Shown here: positions 1 through 10,510 of the stretch, piece by piece | How positions within the stretch are numbered: position 1 is the first letter of the stretch | Layout of the letters: each line of letters starts with the position of its first letter | Assembly: GCA_034659655.1 (NCBI GenBank) | Contig: JAYEHT010000251.1 | Location: 1-38,549, forward strand | DNA from: Candidatus Aerophobota bacterium | Lineage (GTDB): Bacteria; Aerophobota; Aerophobia; Aerophobales; JAGGXI01 | Direction of reading: 5' to 3' | DNA: 38,549 nt | Translations under genes and position numbers: made by a program | The notes under the pieces: model-generated | The model's database searches: none | What the model saw: only the letters and a program-made list of their open reading frames with translations | What the model was told of the DNA's origin: nothing

Positions 1-2845
1 AGAGAAGAATGAGCTCATAGCTATCGACTCTCCCTATAGTTTAAAGAGAGTGGAGGATTTTATCTCAAGTATAGATAATCCCCAAAAACAGATGAGAGAA
101 GAGGATTTCCAGATAAAGTATGCTCAACTGGAGAAGGTAAAATCATCTATTGAAGAAGAGCTCTCCTCTTATGGAAAGTTAAAAGTAGATAGAGAAAGGT
201 CCCTTCTTCTTGTAGGAGATTTCTCTTATAATCTGGAGAAAATAGAGAAGATTATTAGCCGGCTGGACTCTTTTAAACCCGAAAGGAGAATTTATTCCAT
301 CAGATTTGCCCCCCTCTCTCAAGTAGAAAGAGAGATAAAGGTGCTTCTCTCGGATAAGGGAAAGGTGAAGGTAGATGAGAAGACAGATACTCTTCTCGTT
401 TCAGATGTAGAAAAGAGCTTACTGAAGGTGGATGAGCTGATTAGCAAGCTGGATGTTTTAAGCTCCCAGCTAATTGGCAAGGTAAATTTTAAGGAGGAGG
501 ATTTGAGAGATGCCCTGGATGCAATATCTCTTAAGACAGGTTTAAATATTATTATAGGTCCTCGGGTAGAAGGGAAAGTAACGGCGAGTTTCCCAAGACC
601 AACCCCTGTATTAAAGGCTCTTCAAATAATTCTTGAGGGAAGTGGCTGCGAGTACAGAAGAGAAGATGATGTTATAAAGGTGGCAAAGGCAGGAGTCCCT
701 CTTCCTATTCTCACAAGGAGTTTCCAGATAAAGTATGCCCTGGGTACTGAACTTGTCTCCTCCATTAAGCCGCTTCTTTCTGATAAGGGAACTCTTAAGG
801 TCAACGAGCAGGCAAATACTTTAATAGTTACCGATGCCCAAAAGAATTTAACCGGCATAAAAGATGCTATCTTAAAGCTGGATGAGCCTGTAAGACAGAT
901 GCAGACAAGGAACTTCTCCTTGAGGTTTATCCAGGCTAAAAAAGCTGGCTCTATTTTAAAGAGCCATCTAAGCAAAGCAGGAGAAATTGAAGTCGACTCT
1001 TCAGCCAATTCTCTTCTTGTAAGAGACGTCGCTTATAAGATGAAGGAGATACCATCTTTTCTCTCTTCTTTAGATGTTTTTAAGGAGGCTTTAAAAGTTT
1101 TCCCCCTTAAATTTGCTCTGGCAAGCGAAGTCTCAGAGCTTATTTCTGCTTATCTTAGTCCTGAAGGCAAGCTGAATGTAAACAAAGAGAAGAATGAGCT
1201 CATAGCTATCGACTCTCCCTATAGTTTAAAGAGAGTGGAGGATTTTATCTCAAGTATAGATAATCCCCAAAAACAGATGAGAGAAGAGGATTTCCAGATA
1301 AAGTATGCTCAAATGGAGAAGGTAAAATCATCTATTGAAGAAGAGCTCTCCTCTTATGGAAAGTTAAAAGTAGATAGAGAAAGGTCCCTTCTTCTTGTAG
1401 GAGATTTCTCTTATAATCTGGAAAAGATCAAGAGGATTATTAACCGGTTAGACTCTTTTAAATCCGAAAGGAGAATTTATTCCATCAGATTTGCCCCCCT
1501 CTCTCAGGTAGAAAGAGAGATAAAGGAGCTTCTCTCGGATAAGGGTGAGGTGAAGGTGGATGAGAAGACAGATACTCTTCTCGTTTCAGATGTAGAAAAG
1601 AACTTACTGAAAGTGGATAAGCTGATTAGCAAGCTGGATGTTTTAAGCTCCCAGCTAATTAGCAAGGTAAATTTTAAGGAGGAAGATTTGAGAGATGCTC
1701 TCCATACAATATCTCTTAAGACAGGTTTAAATATTATTGTAGGTCCTCGGGTAGAAGGGAAAGTAACGGCGAGTTTCCCCAGACCAACCCCTGTATTAAA
1801 GGCTCTTCAAATAATTCTTAAGGGAAGTGGCTGCGAGTACAGAAGAGAAGATGATGTTATAAAGGTGGCAAAGGCAGGAGTCCCTCTTCCTATTCTCACA
1901 AGGAGTTTCCAGATAAAGTATGCCCTGGGTACTGAACTTGTCTCCTCCATTAAGCCGCTTCTTTCTGATAAGGGAACTCTTAAGGTCAACGAGCAGGCAA
2001 ATACTTTAATAGTTACCGATGCCCAAAAGAATTTAACCGGCATAAAAGATGCTATCTTAAAGCTGGATGAGCCTGTAAGACAGATGCAGACAAGGAACTT
2101 CTCCTTGAGGTTTATCCAGGCTAAAAAAGCTGGCTCTATTTTAAAGAGCCATCTAAGCAAAGCAGGAGAAATTGAAGTCGACTCTTCAGCCAATTCTCTT
2201 CTTGTAAGAGACGTCGCTTATAAGATGAAGGAGATACCATCTTTTCTCTCTTCTTTAGATGTTTTTAAGGAGGCTTTAAAAGTTTTCCCCCTTAAATTTG
2301 CTCTGGCAAGCGAAGTCTCAGAGCTTATTTCTGCTTATCTTAGTCCTGAAGGCAAGCTGAATGTAAACAAAGAGAAGAATGAGCTCATAGCTATCGACTC
2401 TCCCTATAGTTTAAAGAGAGTGGAGGATTTTATCTCAAGTATAGATAATCCCCAAAAACAGATGAGAGAAGAGGATTTCCAGATAAAGTATGCTCAACTG
2501 GAGAAGGTAAAATCATCTATTGAAGAAGAGCTCTCCTCTTATGGAAAGTTAAAAGTAGATAGAGAAAGGTCCCTTCTTCTTGTAGGAGATTTCTCTTATA
2601 ATCTGGAAAAGATAAAGAGGATTATCAATCGGCTGGACTCTTTTAAATCCGAAAGGAGAATTTATTCCATCAGATTTGCCCCCCTCTCTCAAGTAGAAAG
2701 AGAGATAAAGGTGCTTCTCTCGGATAAGGGTGAGGTGAAGGTAGATGAGAAGACAGATACTCTTCTCGTTTCAGATGTAGAAAAGAGCTTACTGAAGGTG
2801 GATAAGCTGATTAGCAAGCTGGATGTTTTAAGCTCCCAGCTAATT
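1..2845 (+). repeat. Intragenic tandem repeat, period 1185 bp (395 aa = 1 STN + 5 N-domains), about 2.4 copies visible
   Basis: AGAGAAGAATGAGCTCATAG recurs at 1, 1186 and 2371. Similarity ends after AGCTCCCAGCTAATT at 2845. Confidence 0.97.
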
Positions 2846-3358
2846 ACAAAAAAATATTTTTTAAAATATTTAACCTCTAAGGAGGCTAAATTTTATCTTC
2901 AATCAGTAATCAGTGAATATGGAAAGATATCTTTACCTCAAGTTAAAGCCGCAGAAGAGGGAAAAAAGAATATTAAAGAAGATTATATTATCATTCCCCA
3001 GGATAAGAGTGAGAAAGAAATTAAATCTAAATCCCTTAAAGAGAAGGACTCTCCAAAAAATAGCCTTTATGAAGATAAAAACATAATTTATGTAACTGAT
3101 TTAAAAAAGAATATTTCCAGGATAGATGAGAAGATTTCAAGAATGAACAGCTCTTCTATAGGAGAGGCAGAAGATACCAAAACATTTTATATTGAAGAAG
3201 GTTCCCTGGATAATATAGCTCTTACTATAGCCAATATGATTGGAGTAAAACCTGAAGATATAAAAGGAATAGAGTTGACTGAGAAAGAAGGTCAATGGAT
3301 GAAGATGAATGTTCCTTCGCCAAGCATTAATTTAGGGACAATAGGACCCGGAAAATAA
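2..3358 (+). CDS. Giant secretin N-domain (NolW-like/STN) repeat protein, 5'-partial; no secretin beta-barrel in the visible part
   Basis: Frame is open from base 2. About 13 complete ~63-aa N-domains (pattern F-x-L/I-K-Y/F-A ... LS-x-x-G-x-L/V-x-V-D/N ... L-I/L-V-x-D ... LD) and 2 STN/N0-like domains (NFKEEDLRDAL..ISLKTGLNII.GPRVEGKVT). Ends SINLGTIGPGK with no barrel motifs. Confidence 0.85.
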   Translation, partial: EKNELIAIDSPYSLKRVEDFISSIDNPQKQMREEDFQIKYAQLEKVKSSIEEELSSYGKLKVDRERSLLLVGDFSYNLEKIEKIISRLDSFKPERRIYSIRFAPLSQVEREIKVLLSDKGKVKVDEKTDTLLVSDVEKSLLKVDELISKLDVLSSQLIGKVNFKEEDLRDALDAISLKTGLNIIIGPRVEGKVTASFPRPTPVLKALQIILEGSGCEYRREDDVIKVAKAGVPLPILTRSFQIKYALGTELVSSIKPLLSDKGTLKVNEQANTLIVTDAQKNLTGIKDAILKLDEPVRQMQTRNFSLRFIQAKKAGSILKSHLSKAGEIEVDSSANSLLVRDVAYKMKEIPSFLSSLDVFKEALKVFPLKFALASEVSELISAYLSPEGKLNVNKEKNELIAIDSPYSLKRVEDFISSIDNPQKQMREEDFQIKYAQMEKVKSSIEEELSSYGKLKVDRERSLLLVGDFSYNLEKIKRIINRLDSFKSERRIYSIRFAPLSQVEREIKELLSDKGEVKVDEKTDTLLVSDVEKNLLKVDKLISKLDVLSSQLISKVNFKEEDLRDALHTISLKTGLNIIVGPRVEGKVTASFPRPTPVLKALQIILKGSGCEYRREDDVIKVAKAGVPLPILTRSFQIKYALGTELVSSIKPLLSDKGTLKVNEQANTLIVTDAQKNLTGIKDAILKLDEPVRQMQTRNFSLRFIQAKKAGSILKSHLSKAGEIEVDSSANSLLVRDVAYKMKEIPSFLSSLDVFKEALKVFPLKFALASEVSELISAYLSPEGKLNVNKEKNELIAIDSPYSLKRVEDFISSIDNPQKQMREEDFQIKYAQLEKVKSSIEEELSSYGKLKVDRERSLLLVGDFSYNLEKIKRIINRLDSFKSERRIYSIRFAPLSQVEREIKVLLSDKGEVKVDEKTDTLLVSDVEKSLLKVDKLISKLDVLSSQLITKKYFLKYLTSKEAKFYLQSVISEYGKISLPQVKAAEEGKKNIKEDYIIIPQDKSEKEIKSKSLKEKDSPKNSLYEDKNIIYVTDLKKNISRIDEKISRMNSSSIGEAEDTKTFYIEEGSLDNIALTIANMIGVKPEDIKGIELTEKEGQWMKMNVPSPSINLGTIGPGK

Positions 3359-3392
3359 GGATTAGAGGATTAGAGGATTAAAGGATTAGAGG
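3359..3392 (+). repeat. 8-bp tandem repeat (GGATTAGA)x4
   Basis: ggattaga ggattaga ggattaaa ggattaga gg directly after the stop codon at 3356-3358. Confidence 0.85.
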
Positions 3393-3439
3393 GAAAAAAC
3401 AAAAAAAGAGAGAAAAAACAGTATTAGAGGAAGGGAAAG

Positions 3440-5740
3440 ATGAGAAAAATTAAGGCGTTGGTTACAATTTTCTTAGTGGTGATTTTATTTTCTTTCTTTG
3501 ATTTTAAAGTTTTTGCAGAACCCTCCATTATGGTGGATACCTCTACGGGGAGAATTACGGTAAGAGCCCCCAGGAAGAAGTTAAAAGAGATAGAGAAGAT
3601 GATTCCTCAATTCCCCTTAGAGACAAGACAGGTTCAAATTAAGGCAAGAATACTGGAACTTACAGAAAGTGGTGCTCGAAGTTTTGGCATATATATAAAG
3701 AGATTGACGGGTGTTAAGGCTCCTGAAGGAACCGAAGGTGAGGGAACTATTTTAGAGTACGGCCCCAAGACACTTACAGAAATAGCAAGTAAAGAGATAG
3801 GCGGTCTTGGTTTTACTTTTTATAGATTATTAACTGGAGAAGAAGAATTTCAAGCTCTTTTAAATATGCTTGTCTCTAAGGGAGAGGCAAAAGTTCTTTC
3901 CGAACCTCGGGTAACTACCATAAGTGGAGAGGTAGCTGGCATTTATGATGTTGAAGATGTCTCCTATCTTTCCAAGGTAACTACTACAACAGAAGCGGGG
4001 GTCACCAAAGAGACTAAAGAGTATACCTATGTTACCGTAGGGGTAGTTCTTCAAGTGCTTCCCAGGATTATAGGAGGGGAATATGTTCAAGTCTCTATTG
4101 TTCCCTTGTTGAGTGATTACAGCACTGAAAAATTTGGGGCAGACCGTCCTGTGTTTTCTCGTCGTGTCTCTCCCACTAATATTACCGTAAGGAGCGGGGA
4201 ACCTATCATTATTGGAGGATTGATAAAGGAGAAAAAAGAGGAGACTAAAAAGGGCCTTCCTATTCTCTCTGACCTTCCCATTATCGGTGATATTTTTACG
4301 AGCAGAAAAACAACAAAATCGAGAAAAGATCTTCTCATAACTCTCATCCCCCATATACTTAAGCCGAGAGAGATAAAGGGGAGATCTAAAAGGGTTTTCA
4401 CCTTTAAATATGCTCTTGCAGAAGAGGTAGCCAATCGAATAAAAGATATTATCTCTTCTCGAGGGATGATGGAGCTGAATCCAGAAGAGGCCCCTCCTAA
4501 TTCAATTTTAGTAAGGGATTCCGAAGATAAAGTAGAGGTAATCCAGAAGATGTTAAACAGGATAGGGACTTTTGAAGAGCAGAGAAGAGAAGAAGTCTTT
4601 CCTCTAAAGTTTTCTTCTCTCGAAGAGGCCAAAGAGGCCCTCTCTCCTTTACTTTCTTCAAAGGGGAATATCCGTATAGATAAAGAAAAGTATAGTTTAA
4701 TAATAGAAGATGGGGCATATCAATTGATGAGGATAAGGGAGGCTTTGTCTTCTCTCGAGAAACATAATCAAAAGCTACAAAGAAAAAGCTTTTCTTTAAA
4801 ATATGCTGAAGGAAGGGATATTATTCCTCTTTTAAGAGAATTTCTCTCTCCGCGGGGAAATATTTATATAAAAGAGGACAGGTTAGTGGTGGTAGATAAT
4901 AACTGGGTGATTCAGAAGATAGCTGAGGAAATACGGAAATTAGATGATTTTGACTCTCAAAAAAAGAGCAAGGTCTATCTCTTAAAATATGTGAGAGCTG
5001 AGAGACTCTATTCTTCAGAAGAGTTTAAGAGGACACTTTCTTCTATTCTTTATGATAAAGCTACTGTAAAGGTGGATGCTAAGAGAAATGCTCTGGTGGT
5101 TACTGCTCTAAAAAAGGGTCTAGGTAAGGTAGAAAAAGAGGTAGAAAACTTTGATATATATCGACCTGAGGAGATGAGTTATCAGGCAAAATACTGTTTT
5201 GCCGCTAGTTTGTCTAAAAAGATAATTCCTCTTTTGTCTGATAAAGGAGAGATTAAAGTTAATGAGGAGAAAAATTCTATTTTTGTGAAAGATTGTCCCT
5301 ATTATTTGAGTTTAATTAAAGAGAATTTATCCTCTTTTGATAGTTTTAAAAGAGAGAAGAGAGAAGAGACTATTCGTTTAAAATACGCTCCCCTTCCTCA
5401 AATTATCCAGATAATAAGAGAGCTTAAGTCTCCCTCAGCGAAAATTTTAAGTAAAGATAAAGAGAAAAATGAATTTGTGTTTCAGGAAGCCTTGTACCCC
5501 TTAAAGATAATTAAACAAAAAGTTCTTGCTCTGGATAAGTTTGATAAGTGGAAGGGAAAAAGAGCCTACAAGTTAAAGTATATAGAAGCCTCAGATATTG
5601 TTCCTATTATTCGCCTTTTTTTATCAGATAAGGGAAATATTATAATTCATAATCATAATAAAATAGCAGTAATTGATACTCCCTATTATCAAGCTAAAAT
5701 AAAGAATTCTATTGAAGTTTTGGATGCTCCACTGCCATAA
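3440..5740 (+). CDS. Secretin (PilQ/GspD superfamily) with the secretin core near the N-terminus and 7 N-domains at the C-terminus
   Basis: Sec signal peptide MRKIK-hydrophobic-VFA. Secretin motifs QVQIKARILE, VLSEPRVTTISGEVA, VGVVLQVLPRI, SGEPIIIGGL, GLPILSDLPIIGDIF and DLLITLIPHI lie within about aa 65-306, followed by 7 LKY-type N-domains. Confidence 0.88.
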   Translation: MRKIKALVTIFLVVILFSFFDFKVFAEPSIMVDTSTGRITVRAPRKKLKEIEKMIPQFPLETRQVQIKARILELTESGARSFGIYIKRLTGVKAPEGTEGEGTILEYGPKTLTEIASKEIGGLGFTFYRLLTGEEEFQALLNMLVSKGEAKVLSEPRVTTISGEVAGIYDVEDVSYLSKVTTTTEAGVTKETKEYTYVTVGVVLQVLPRIIGGEYVQVSIVPLLSDYSTEKFGADRPVFSRRVSPTNITVRSGEPIIIGGLIKEKKEETKKGLPILSDLPIIGDIFTSRKTTKSRKDLLITLIPHILKPREIKGRSKRVFTFKYALAEEVANRIKDIISSRGMMELNPEEAPPNSILVRDSEDKVEVIQKMLNRIGTFEEQRREEVFPLKFSSLEEAKEALSPLLSSKGNIRIDKEKYSLIIEDGAYQLMRIREALSSLEKHNQKLQRKSFSLKYAEGRDIIPLLREFLSPRGNIYIKEDRLVVVDNNWVIQKIAEEIRKLDDFDSQKKSKVYLLKYVRAERLYSSEEFKRTLSSILYDKATVKVDAKRNALVVTALKKGLGKVEKEVENFDIYRPEEMSYQAKYCFAASLSKKIIPLLSDKGEIKVNEEKNSIFVKDCPYYLSLIKENLSSFDSFKREKREETIRLKYAPLPQIIQIIRELKSPSAKILSKDKEKNEFVFQEALYPLKIIKQKVLALDKFDKWKGKRAYKLKYIEASDIVPIIRLFLSDKGNIIIHNHNKIAVIDTPYYQAKIKNSIEVLDAPLP

Positions 5741-5819
5741 AGAATAGAATTAAGCATTGAGAATTAAGGTTTAAAAGGGTTTTTCTTAGTTCTAAATCCT
5801 TATTTCTCAATTCTGAATT
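5741..5819. repeat. Heptamer-repeat (AGAATTA/TAATTCT) imperfect palindromic intergenic element
   Basis: agaatagaattaagcattgagaattaag ... ttcttagttctaaatccttatttctcaattct. Related to 10066-10229. Confidence 0.6.
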
Positions 5820-5841
5820 AATTATAGAGGAGGAGATTTTA

Positions 5842-6312
5842 ATGGTTGCATCTCAAGTAAGCGTGGTGATGGGAAGTCAGTCTGATTATTCTGTGATGGA
5901 AAATTGTTTGAAGATGCTGGATAAATTTGGTATTTCTTATGAAGTGAAGGTTTTATCGGCTCATCGAATGCCAGAACTCACTTTAAATTATGCGAAAAGT
6001 CTTAGAGACAGAGGAATAAATGTTGTTATCGCCGGGGCAGGAGGGGCGGCTCATTTAGCAGGGGTAATTGCTGCCAATACAACTCTTCCCGTAATCGCTG
6101 TTCCTTTAAATTCTTCATCTTTGCAGGGTGTGGATGCCTTATATTCTACGGTCCAAATGCCTTCTGGTGTGCCTGTAGCCTGTATGGCTATAGGAATAGC
6201 AGGGGCAAAGAATGCATCTATTCTGGCTGCTCAAATACTATCTCTCTCCTCTTCAAATATAGAAAATAAATTAAAGAGATATAAAGATGAGCTTGCCGAA
6301 GGAAAGGGTTAA
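5842..6312 (+). CDS. purE: N5-carboxyaminoimidazole ribonucleotide mutase
   Basis: MGSQSD, SAHR, AGAGGAAHLAG, SLQGVDALYSTVQMPSGVPV motifs; GAGGAG RBS. Confidence 0.97.
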   Translation: MVASQVSVVMGSQSDYSVMENCLKMLDKFGISYEVKVLSAHRMPELTLNYAKSLRDRGINVVIAGAGGAAHLAGVIAANTTLPVIAVPLNSSSLQGVDALYSTVQMPSGVPVACMAIGIAGAKNASILAAQILSLSSSNIENKLKRYKDELAEGKG

Positions 6313-7590
<1,278 letters not shown>

Positions 7591-7594
7591 AGTC

Positions 7595-7622
7595 TTGTAT
7601 TCTTTTTTATTTATGCTAAAAT
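7595..7622 (+). promoter_or_regulatory. Putative sigma70 promoter of ftsH
   Basis: TTGTAT-16 nt-TAAAAT with a TGn extended -10. Confidence 0.45.
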
Positions 7623-7664
7623 ATAATTGAGTCATAAAAAGAGGTTAGCTTAAAGGGGGAGAAA

Positions 7665-9548
7665 TTGAAAGATAGAGAAAATCAAGGTAGAAAAAAAAAT
7701 CAAAATTTTTTCAGGAGAAATAAATTTGGAGGGAATCTTCTCCTTCTTCTTATAATATTTATAATTGTAATTTCCTTTTTCAATTTTATCCATCTTGGTC
7801 CTGCGGCAAGAGAAACCGAGCTTTCCTATACTCAGTTTCTAGGAATGGTGGAAAATCGTCAGATTAGAAGGGTTGTTATAAAGGAAGATCTTATAAGTGG
7901 AAAGATAGATGAGACTACTTCATTTCGAACTGTTGTTCCGAATGATCCTGAATTGATAAAGATACTACGAGAAAACGGGGTTGAGATCGAGGTTCGTCAA
8001 GAATCTTCTCCCTGGATAACTAATTTACTGGGAACTCTGCTCCCCATTTTAATCTTTATTGGAATCTGGGTGTATATCATTAAACGAATGAGCAGAGGAG
8101 GGGGGCAGGTCTTTTCTTTTGGCAAAAGCAGAGCTAAGCTGGCTTCTAAAGAGAAAGTTAAGGTAACTTTTAAGGATGTAGCGGGAGTAGAAGAAGCTAA
8201 AGAGGAATTAAAGGAGATAATCGATTTTTTAAAAAATCCCCAAAAGTTCCAGAGATTGGGAGCAAAAATCCCTAAGGGGGTACTTTTAGTGGGTCCCCCT
8301 GGATGCGGAAAGACTCTTTTAGCAAAAGCGGTAGCTGGTGAGGCCGGTGTTCCCTTCTTTAGCATTAGTGGTTCTGATTTTGTGGAGATGTTTGTAGGAG
8401 TGGGTGCTTCCCGGGTAAGGGATCTGTTTGAACAGGGGAAAAGAAATGCACCCTGCATCATCTTCATTGATGAACTGGATGCTGTAGGAAGACAACGTTT
8501 TGCTGGTATAGGGGGAGGACATGATGAAAAAGAGCAGACTTTAAATCAGCTTTTAACAGAATTGGATGGTTTTGATACTCGTGAGGGAGTTATAATTATA
8601 GGAGCAACTAATCGTCCCGATGTCTTGGATAGTGCTCTTCTTCGACCGGGAAGGTTTGATCGCCGCATTACTGTGAATATACCTGATTTAAAGGAAAGAG
8701 AGGAGATTTTAGCTCTTTATGTAAGAGATAAACCGGTAACTGATGAAGTAGATGTTAAAGTTCTTGCTCGAAGAACTCCCGGTTTTGTAGGTTCAGATAT
8801 AGAAAATTTAGTTAACGAGGCTTCTTTATTGGCAGCTCGTAAAAACAAAGGTAAAATTGGGATGGAGGAATTTGAAGAAGCTATTGATAGGGTGATAGCG
8901 GGTCCGGAGAGAAAGTCAAGGGTTATGCGAAAGAAAGAAAAGAGAATTATTGCATATCACGAAAGTGGTCATACTCTGGTAGCGAATCATCTTCCGTTTG
9001 CTGACCCTATTCATAAGGTGTCTGTTATTCCCCGGGGTTCGGTTGCTCTGGGATATACTTTACAACTACCCCTGGAAGACAAATATTTAGCTACTAAGTC
9101 GGAGTTGATGGATAAGATTATTGTTCTTCTTGCAGGACGTGCAAGTGAGGAGATTATGTTTAAAGAAGTGAGTAGTGGAGCTCAAAATGACCTTGAACAA
9201 GCTACTCATCTTGTGAGGAAGATGATTTGTGATTATGGAATGAGCGATAAACTCGGCCCGGTAACTTTAGGTGGAGGAAATAACAACGTTTTTCTGGGAA
9301 GGGATTTTCTTAAGGAAAAGAATTATAGTGAAGAATTAGCTTTCGATATAGATAAGGAGATACATCGGATAACTCAAGATTGTTACGATAGAGCACTAAA
9401 GATATTAAGAGAGAATAAGGATAAATTGATAGAATTAGCTGAACTTCTGGAAAAGAAGGAAATCCTGGTAAAGGAAGAGATAGAAAAGATTTTAGGTAAG
9501 AAAGTAATCAAAGAAGACTCCTCTTCAAAATTAAAGAAAGGAGATTAA
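7665..9548 (+). CDS. ftsH: ATP-dependent zinc metalloprotease FtsH
   Basis: Two N-terminal TM helices, Walker A GPPGCGKT, Walker [27 protein letters not shown], zinc motif HESGH. Confidence 0.99.
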   Translation: MKDRENQGRKKNQNFFRRNKFGGNLLLLLIIFIIVISFFNFIHLGPAARETELSYTQFLGMVENRQIRRVVIKEDLISGKIDETTSFRTVVPNDPELIKILRENGVEIEVRQESSPWITNLLGTLLPILIFIGIWVYIIKRMSRGGGQVFSFGKSRAKLASKEKVKVTFKDVAGVEEAKEELKEIIDFLKNPQKFQRLGAKIPKGVLLVGPPGCGKTLLAKAVAGEAGVPFFSISGSDFVEMFVGVGASRVRDLFEQGKRNAPCIIFIDELDAVGRQRFAGIGGGHDEKEQTLNQLLTELDGFDTREGVIIIGATNRPDVLDSALLRPGRFDRRITVNIPDLKEREEILALYVRDKPVTDEVDVKVLARRTPGFVGSDIENLVNEASLLAARKNKGKIGMEEFEEAIDRVIAGPERKSRVMRKKEKRIIAYHESGHTLVANHLPFADPIHKVSVIPRGSVALGYTLQLPLEDKYLATKSELMDKIIVLLAGRASEEIMFKEVSSGAQNDLEQATHLVRKMICDYGMSDKLGPVTLGGGNNNVFLGRDFLKEKNYSEELAFDIDKEIHRITQDCYDRALKILRENKDKLIELAELLEKKEILVKEEIEKILGKKVIKEDSSSKLKKGD

Positions 9549-9551
9549 CTA

Positions 9552-10052
9552 ATGTTCATCCTGGGAATAGACCCAGGAACAGCAATTACAGGATATGGTC
9601 TGCTTGAGATAAAAAAATCTCCTCAGGCGATAAAATATGGGTGTATTCGCACTTCTGCCTCTGACGAAATGCCTGATCGATTGAGAATTATTTATGAGGG
9701 AGTAATTGATATTATTAAAAAATATCATCCCCAGGAAGTAGCCATTGAGGAGATTTTTTTTAATAAGAATAGTAAAACTGCCCTTTCTATAGGTCAGGCG
9801 CGGGGAGTAATTATTTTAGCTGCATTTTATGAAGGAGCGAAAATTTTCAGTTACACGCCTCTGGAGATAAAACAGGCTATAACCGATAATGGAAGAGCAG
9901 AAAAGAGTCAAGTTCAGTTTATGATTAAAAAACTGCTCTGTTTACCTCAAATTCCTTACCCTGATGACACTGCTGATGCTCTTGCTGCGGCTCTTTGTCA
10001 CTATTACTCCCGAAAACTCAAGAAGTATGAAAAGAATCTCTCACCTAATTAA
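9552..10052 (+). CDS. ruvC: Holliday junction resolvase RuvC
   Basis: ILGIDPG, VAIEEIFF, IGQARG, YTPLEIKQAI, DDTADALA. Confidence 0.96.
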   Translation: MFILGIDPGTAITGYGLLEIKKSPQAIKYGCIRTSASDEMPDRLRIIYEGVIDIIKKYHPQEVAIEEIFFNKNSKTALSIGQARGVIILAAFYEGAKIFSYTPLEIKQAITDNGRAEKSQVQFMIKKLLCLPQIPYPDDTADALAAALCHYYSRKLKKYEKNLSPN

Positions 10053-10065
10053 CTAACCTCTTTAT

Positions 10066-10229
10066 AATTCAGAAATAAGAATTAAGAACTAAGAATTAAG
10101 AAGTAAAAATCCAATAAGACCTCTCCTGCACGATTAAGCTGTAATATTAGTATTTTAGGATAACTTTAATGAATATTATTTAAATTACCAAATTCAGGTT
10201 TAAATCTCATTTCTTAATTCTCAATTCTG
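10066..10229. repeat. Heptamer-repeat palindromic element (AGAATTA tract ... TAATTCT tract)
   Basis: aattcagaaataagaattaagaactaagaattaagaa (10066-10102) and atttcttaattctcaattctg (about 10209-10229). Confidence 0.6.
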
Positions 10230-10236
10230 TCTTTTC

Positions 10237-10264
10237 TTGACAAACGCCTTAAATGAAATATAGT
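10237..10264 (+). promoter_or_regulatory. Putative sigma70 promoter upstream of the acyl-CoA dehydrogenase/etf operon
   Basis: TTGACA-16 nt-TATAGT. Confidence 0.55.
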
Positions 10265-10331
10265 AGTAGGTAAGTCTTTCTAAAAGAGGTGAAATTCCAA
10301 ATTCTAATATCTAAATCCTAAACAATATCAA

Positions 10332-10388
10332 ATGACCAAAATCCAAAATTCAAAACAATGCGGGTTAGAAGAACAAACATTAATTTAA
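10332..10388 (+). pseudogene. Relic 5' end of a four-helix-bundle (23S rRNA-IVP-like) gene
   Basis: MTKIQNSKQCGLEEQTLI* resembles the ..NSKQYDLEERTL.. start I recall for these proteins, which are commonly flanked by heptamer tracts. Recognised from memory only. Confidence 0.4.
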
Positions 10389-10472
10389 AAAGAGCGTAAC
10401 TATTTAACCGCGGGTGGACACAGGTAAGTTTAAAGTAGATGATTGATATATAATAAAAGAAAAATATCAGCG

Positions 10473-10510
10473 TAAACCCCGTTAGATAGCTTTGCATCTA
10501 ATGGGGTAAA
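10473..10510. repeat. REP-like palindrome, copy 1
   Basis: TAAACCCCGTTAGAT-agctttgc-ATCTAATGGGGTAAA. Confidence 0.75.

Noticed and set aside
622-2193. Two nearly identical 128-aa minus-strand ORFs (622-1008, 1807-2193)
   Set aside because: Antisense shadows of the 1185-bp coding repeat, with no independent coding signal.
1-2845. Repeats as a diversity-generating retroelement TR/VR pair or a CRISPR array
   Set aside because: The copies are long, tandem and in-frame, differences are not adenine-specific, and there are no spacers, reverse transcriptase or cas genes in the window.
3356-3440. Stop-codon readthrough fusing the two secretin genes, which share a frame
   Set aside because: A second in-frame stop (TAG 3371) follows, and the downstream gene has its own RBS and signal peptide.
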